A stretch of 34,358 bases of DNA from a virus (lineage: Duplodnaviria; Caudoviricetes): the IMG/VR virus record IMGVR_UViG_3300034093_001339, positions 1 to 34,358 of that record; one strand, 5' to 3'. A program made the position numbers and the translations under genes. Shown one piece after another: positions 31,593-34,358 of this stretch. Within the stretch, counting starts at the first letter, position 1, and every line of letters starts with the position of its first letter. The notes beneath the pieces were generated by a model. The model saw only the letters and a program-made list of their open reading frames with translations. It had not been told where the DNA came from and did not search any database.

Positions 31593-32980
31593 GCGAAGAT
31601 TATAATGAAGAATTACAAAAACTATACATAGAATTTCTATTGGCTGACAAAGATTTGTTTGTCCGCTGCAATGCTATTTTGCAAAGCAAATATTTTAGCA
31701 GACGTTATCAACCCACTGTTGACTTTATTAAAGAACACGTAGACAAATATGGGCAACTGCCTACTATTGAACAGATCAGTGCAAAAACAAATGCTAAAAT
31801 AGATGACCTAAGTAACAAGGTCACTAAAGAGCATAAATCTTGGTTTATGGATGAGTTTGAAAAGTTTTGCAGACACAAAGCACTTGAAGGTGCAATTCTT
31901 GCTAGTGCTGATAAGTTAGAAAAAAATGATTATGGTGCAGTTGAACAGCTAATTAGGGACGCAGTGCAAATTGGTCTTGCAAAAAGTTTCGGCACAAACT
32001 ATTGGGAAGATCCTGCAGGACGTATTCAACGGATCAAAGACAACAGAGGTCAAAATAGTTCAGGGTGGACTACATTTGATAACGTGCTATATGGTGGATT
32101 CAATCCAGGCGAACTTAACATTTTTGCAGGTGGGTCGGGGTCTGGTAAATCGCTGTTCATGCAAAACTTAGCATTAAACTGGGCATTGCAAGGAAAGAAT
32201 GTTGTTTACATCAGCTTAGAACTTAGTGAAGAACTTTGTAGTATGCGACTTGATGCTATGCTTACGGGCATGAGCACAAAGGACGTTATGAAAAAATCAG
32301 ATGATGTTGAACTCAAAGTTAAGATGGCAAGTAAAAAAGCAGGTCGTTTGCAGATTGTGCAGTTACCCAATGGATGTAACGTAAACGACATTAAAGCATA
32401 CTTGCGTGAATACCAAATCCAAAACAACATCGAAGTGCAAGCATTACTTATTGACTATTTGGATCTTATGATGCCTGCAGGTCACAAAGTGCCAGCAAGC
32501 GATCAGTTTATCAAAGATAAGTTTGTATCGGAAGAATTGCGTAATCTAGCAGTAGAACTACATATCTTGTTTGTTACAGCATCACAGTTGAATCGTAGTG
32601 CAGTTGATGAAGTTGAATTTGACCACAGTCACATTGCAGGTGGTATTAGTAAGATCAACACAGCAGATAACTTGATTGGTATTTTTAGCAGCCGTGCAAT
32701 GCGTGAGCGTGGGCGTGTGCAAATTCAGTTTATGAAAACACGTAGTAGTAGTGGTGTGGGGACAAAACTTGATCTTGCGTATAACATGGAATCACTGCGT
32801 ATTACAGATTTGGATGAGGATGATCGTGATGATGAAACTAGTCAAGTCACAAGCATTTATCAAAAGCTAAAGACTAAGAGTACAATTACAGCAGGTGAAC
32901 AAGTTGTGGATGAATCTACAGCAAGTCAATCTGTGTCGAACTCTGACAGACTTAAGAACCTACTTAAACGAAGAGAGTAG
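31589..32980 (+). CDS. dnaB: DnaB-like replicative helicase
   Basis: GGSGSGKS, SLELSE, IDYLDL, ASQLNR, KTR. Confidence 0.95.
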   Translation: MSEDYNEELQKLYIEFLLADKDLFVRCNAILQSKYFSRRYQPTVDFIKEHVDKYGQLPTIEQISAKTNAKIDDLSNKVTKEHKSWFMDEFEKFCRHKALEGAILASADKLEKNDYGAVEQLIRDAVQIGLAKSFGTNYWEDPAGRIQRIKDNRGQNSSGWTTFDNVLYGGFNPGELNIFAGGSGSGKSLFMQNLALNWALQGKNVVYISLELSEELCSMRLDAMLTGMSTKDVMKKSDDVELKVKMASKKAGRLQIVQLPNGCNVNDIKAYLREYQIQNNIEVQALLIDYLDLMMPAGHKVPASDQFIKDKFVSEELRNLAVELHILFVTASQLNRSAVDEVEFDHSHIAGGISKINTADNLIGIFSSRAMRERGRVQIQFMKTRSSSGVGTKLDLAYNMESLRITDLDEDDRDDETSQVTSIYQKLKTKSTITAGEQVVDESTASQSVSNSDRLKNLLKRRE

Positions 32981-33202
32981 TTGCTGAGGTAACAGCAGTA
33001 GAACCTTATCTTAGGATATATATGATGATCTATACAGCGAGCAGTAGCCAAAACGGAGTCAATAATATGAGCCTGTGTGTGCCAAATTGTAAGCCTGTGT
33101 TTTGCTCGCCGCCATTAATGTTGCTATTCTTATAATCATGGATCTATGTATAGAAATCAGGAATTTGCATTATGCTATAAGTTTCGCTCCTACCTCAGCA
33201 AT
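32980..33202. ncRNA. candidate rod-like structured RNA
   Basis: TTGCTGAGGTA/TACCTCAGCAA closing stem plus nested stems; no ORF. Confidence 0.5.
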
Positions 33203-33237
33203 AATATTTACCAATGGAACCGCTAAATAGTGTTACA

Positions 33238-33504
33238 ATGAAGAAAAATACGAGATCTATACTAGAAGAAATTAATGCTATGTCTCCCAAAAAAGACAAG
33301 CGCCAATTAGTTGAGTCGAATGCTAGACATGTGATGCAAACTGCAATCAATTTGATCGAAATGATTGATAACAGTTTTCCTCCTGAGGTAGCGGAAGATT
33401 TACAAAAGCGCCTTATTAATAGTATTCGAACTAAGGATCCTAAAAAGTTTATTAGAGGAATACAGCGAATTGAAGATAACGGACATCCTACACGGGACGC
33501 ATAA
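33238..33504 (+). CDS. hypothetical protein
   Basis: CTAAATA late-like motif upstream; MKKNTRSILEEI. Confidence 0.8.
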   Translation: MKKNTRSILEEINAMSPKKDKRQLVESNARHVMQTAINLIEMIDNSFPPEVAEDLQKRLINSIRTKDPKKFIRGIQRIEDNGHPTRDA

Positions 33505-34234
33505 AAGACACTACAATCGTGGCCCCAGAACAAAAAGATTATTGCAAAACAGCCTAGTAGTAAACGAGGGCGGCAACATGTTTAGTGATGCTGCCTCTTT
33601 TAAACACGAAATGATTCCTGCAATCGTTGACAGCGTTAACACTGTGCTTAGTAAAACAGGCATCAAAGCTATTCCGATTGGTAGTGGTGCAACTCCGACT
33701 CCGGGCAAAGTAAGTGGTGATCTTGATCTTATTGTAGATCAAAACGAACTTGCACAATTTTTTAGCACAGATGATCCAAAGGTTATTCGTAAAAAATTAA
33801 GACAGTTATTTGATCTAGCTGGGTTCGAAACAGGGCAAAGCGGTGTTAGTGTACATGTAAGAGTTCCATTGGGCGATCAAGCACACCAAGTAGATATTAT
33901 GGTAACACAAAATGCAATGGACGTATCAAAATTCCATACACATGCTATTCCGCAAGGCAGCAAATACAAGGGGGTTAACAAGCAAATTGCTATGTCATAC
34001 CTTGCAAAACAACGAGGCTTGAAGTGGAGCGCATTTAAGGGCTTGCTAAACAGAACAGATGATAGTATGGTATCTAAGGATGTAAACGACATTGCAAAAA
34101 TCCTAATCGGGTCCAATGCTACTGCACAGGACTTGGGTAGTGTTGAATCTATTGCAAATGCATTACCACCGCAAGAGTCTGCCCAAATGATGGCAGATCT
34201 TAAAGCAGATCCTAATTGGAAGGAACTTCCATGA
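33470..34234 (+). CDS. pol-beta superfamily nucleotidyltransferase-like protein
   Basis: IGSG, SGDLDL, QVDIM motifs. Confidence 0.7.
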   Translation: MKITDILHGTHKRHYNRGPRTKRLLQNSLVVNEGGNMFSDAASFKHEMIPAIVDSVNTVLSKTGIKAIPIGSGATPTPGKVSGDLDLIVDQNELAQFFSTDDPKVIRKKLRQLFDLAGFETGQSGVSVHVRVPLGDQAHQVDIMVTQNAMDVSKFHTHAIPQGSKYKGVNKQIAMSYLAKQRGLKWSAFKGLLNRTDDSMVSKDVNDIAKILIGSNATAQDLGSVESIANALPPQESAQMMADLKADPNWKELP

Positions 34235-34358
34235 GAGCCCGTGAACTTTTAACCGAAGCGACAAAAGTGGGTCGTGAATGGCAACACTTAGAAGATCTGG
34301 TATTTGTTGACGGAAGCCAGGGTGCGCTAAATGCTGCGAATATTTTAAAGAACGTGGG
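34231..34358 (+). CDS. hypothetical protein, 5' part (runs off window)
   Basis: AAGGA SD, ATGA overlap, MRARELLTEATKVGREWQHLEDLVF. Confidence 0.75.
   Translation, partial: MRARELLTEATKVGREWQHLEDLVFVDGSQGALNAANILKNV

Noticed and set aside
33095-33112. Minus-strand CAAAACACAGGCTTAC resembling the RNase P RNA 3' conserved region
   Set aside because: No matching GAGGAAAGTCC 5' region to form P4
1-34358. Genome-wide TAG recoding
   Set aside because: Core genes are uninterrupted in code 11 and TAG ends genes at natural C-termini (21095, 32980)

Overview
Segment of a large lytic dsDNA (jumbo, myovirus-like) bacteriophage genome, almost all on the + strand. Positions 1-11.5 kb are a tRNA array: about 27 complete or atypical tRNA genes plus three orphan 5' tRNA fragments. 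They are interleaved with two HNH homing endonucleases, small ORFs, an SGNH hydrolase, a SulP transporter and many structured non-coding stretches. Positions 11.5-23.9 kb hold sigma70-driven accessory genes (RNA end-healing-type phosphatases, small paralogs, a decayed sugar-modification island, an AAA ATPase). Positions 24-34.4 kb are core replication genes (UvsW helicase, HNH, clamp-loader-like, DnaE-like fragment, primase, DnaB). The most notable unexplained signals are: (1) a complete leader-peptide attenuator in front of the second half of the tRNA array; (2) two families of conserved ~22-bp wrapper stems enclosing variable, often tRNA-like RNA cargo; (3) HNH genes that sit between a truncated tRNA and a replacement tRNA; (4) a strand-rewired tRNA-Arg(ACG); (5) a dispersed palindromic operator AGTAAGA-NN-TCTTACT. 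Structures were read by eye, and protein family calls come from motif recognition rather than database searches.
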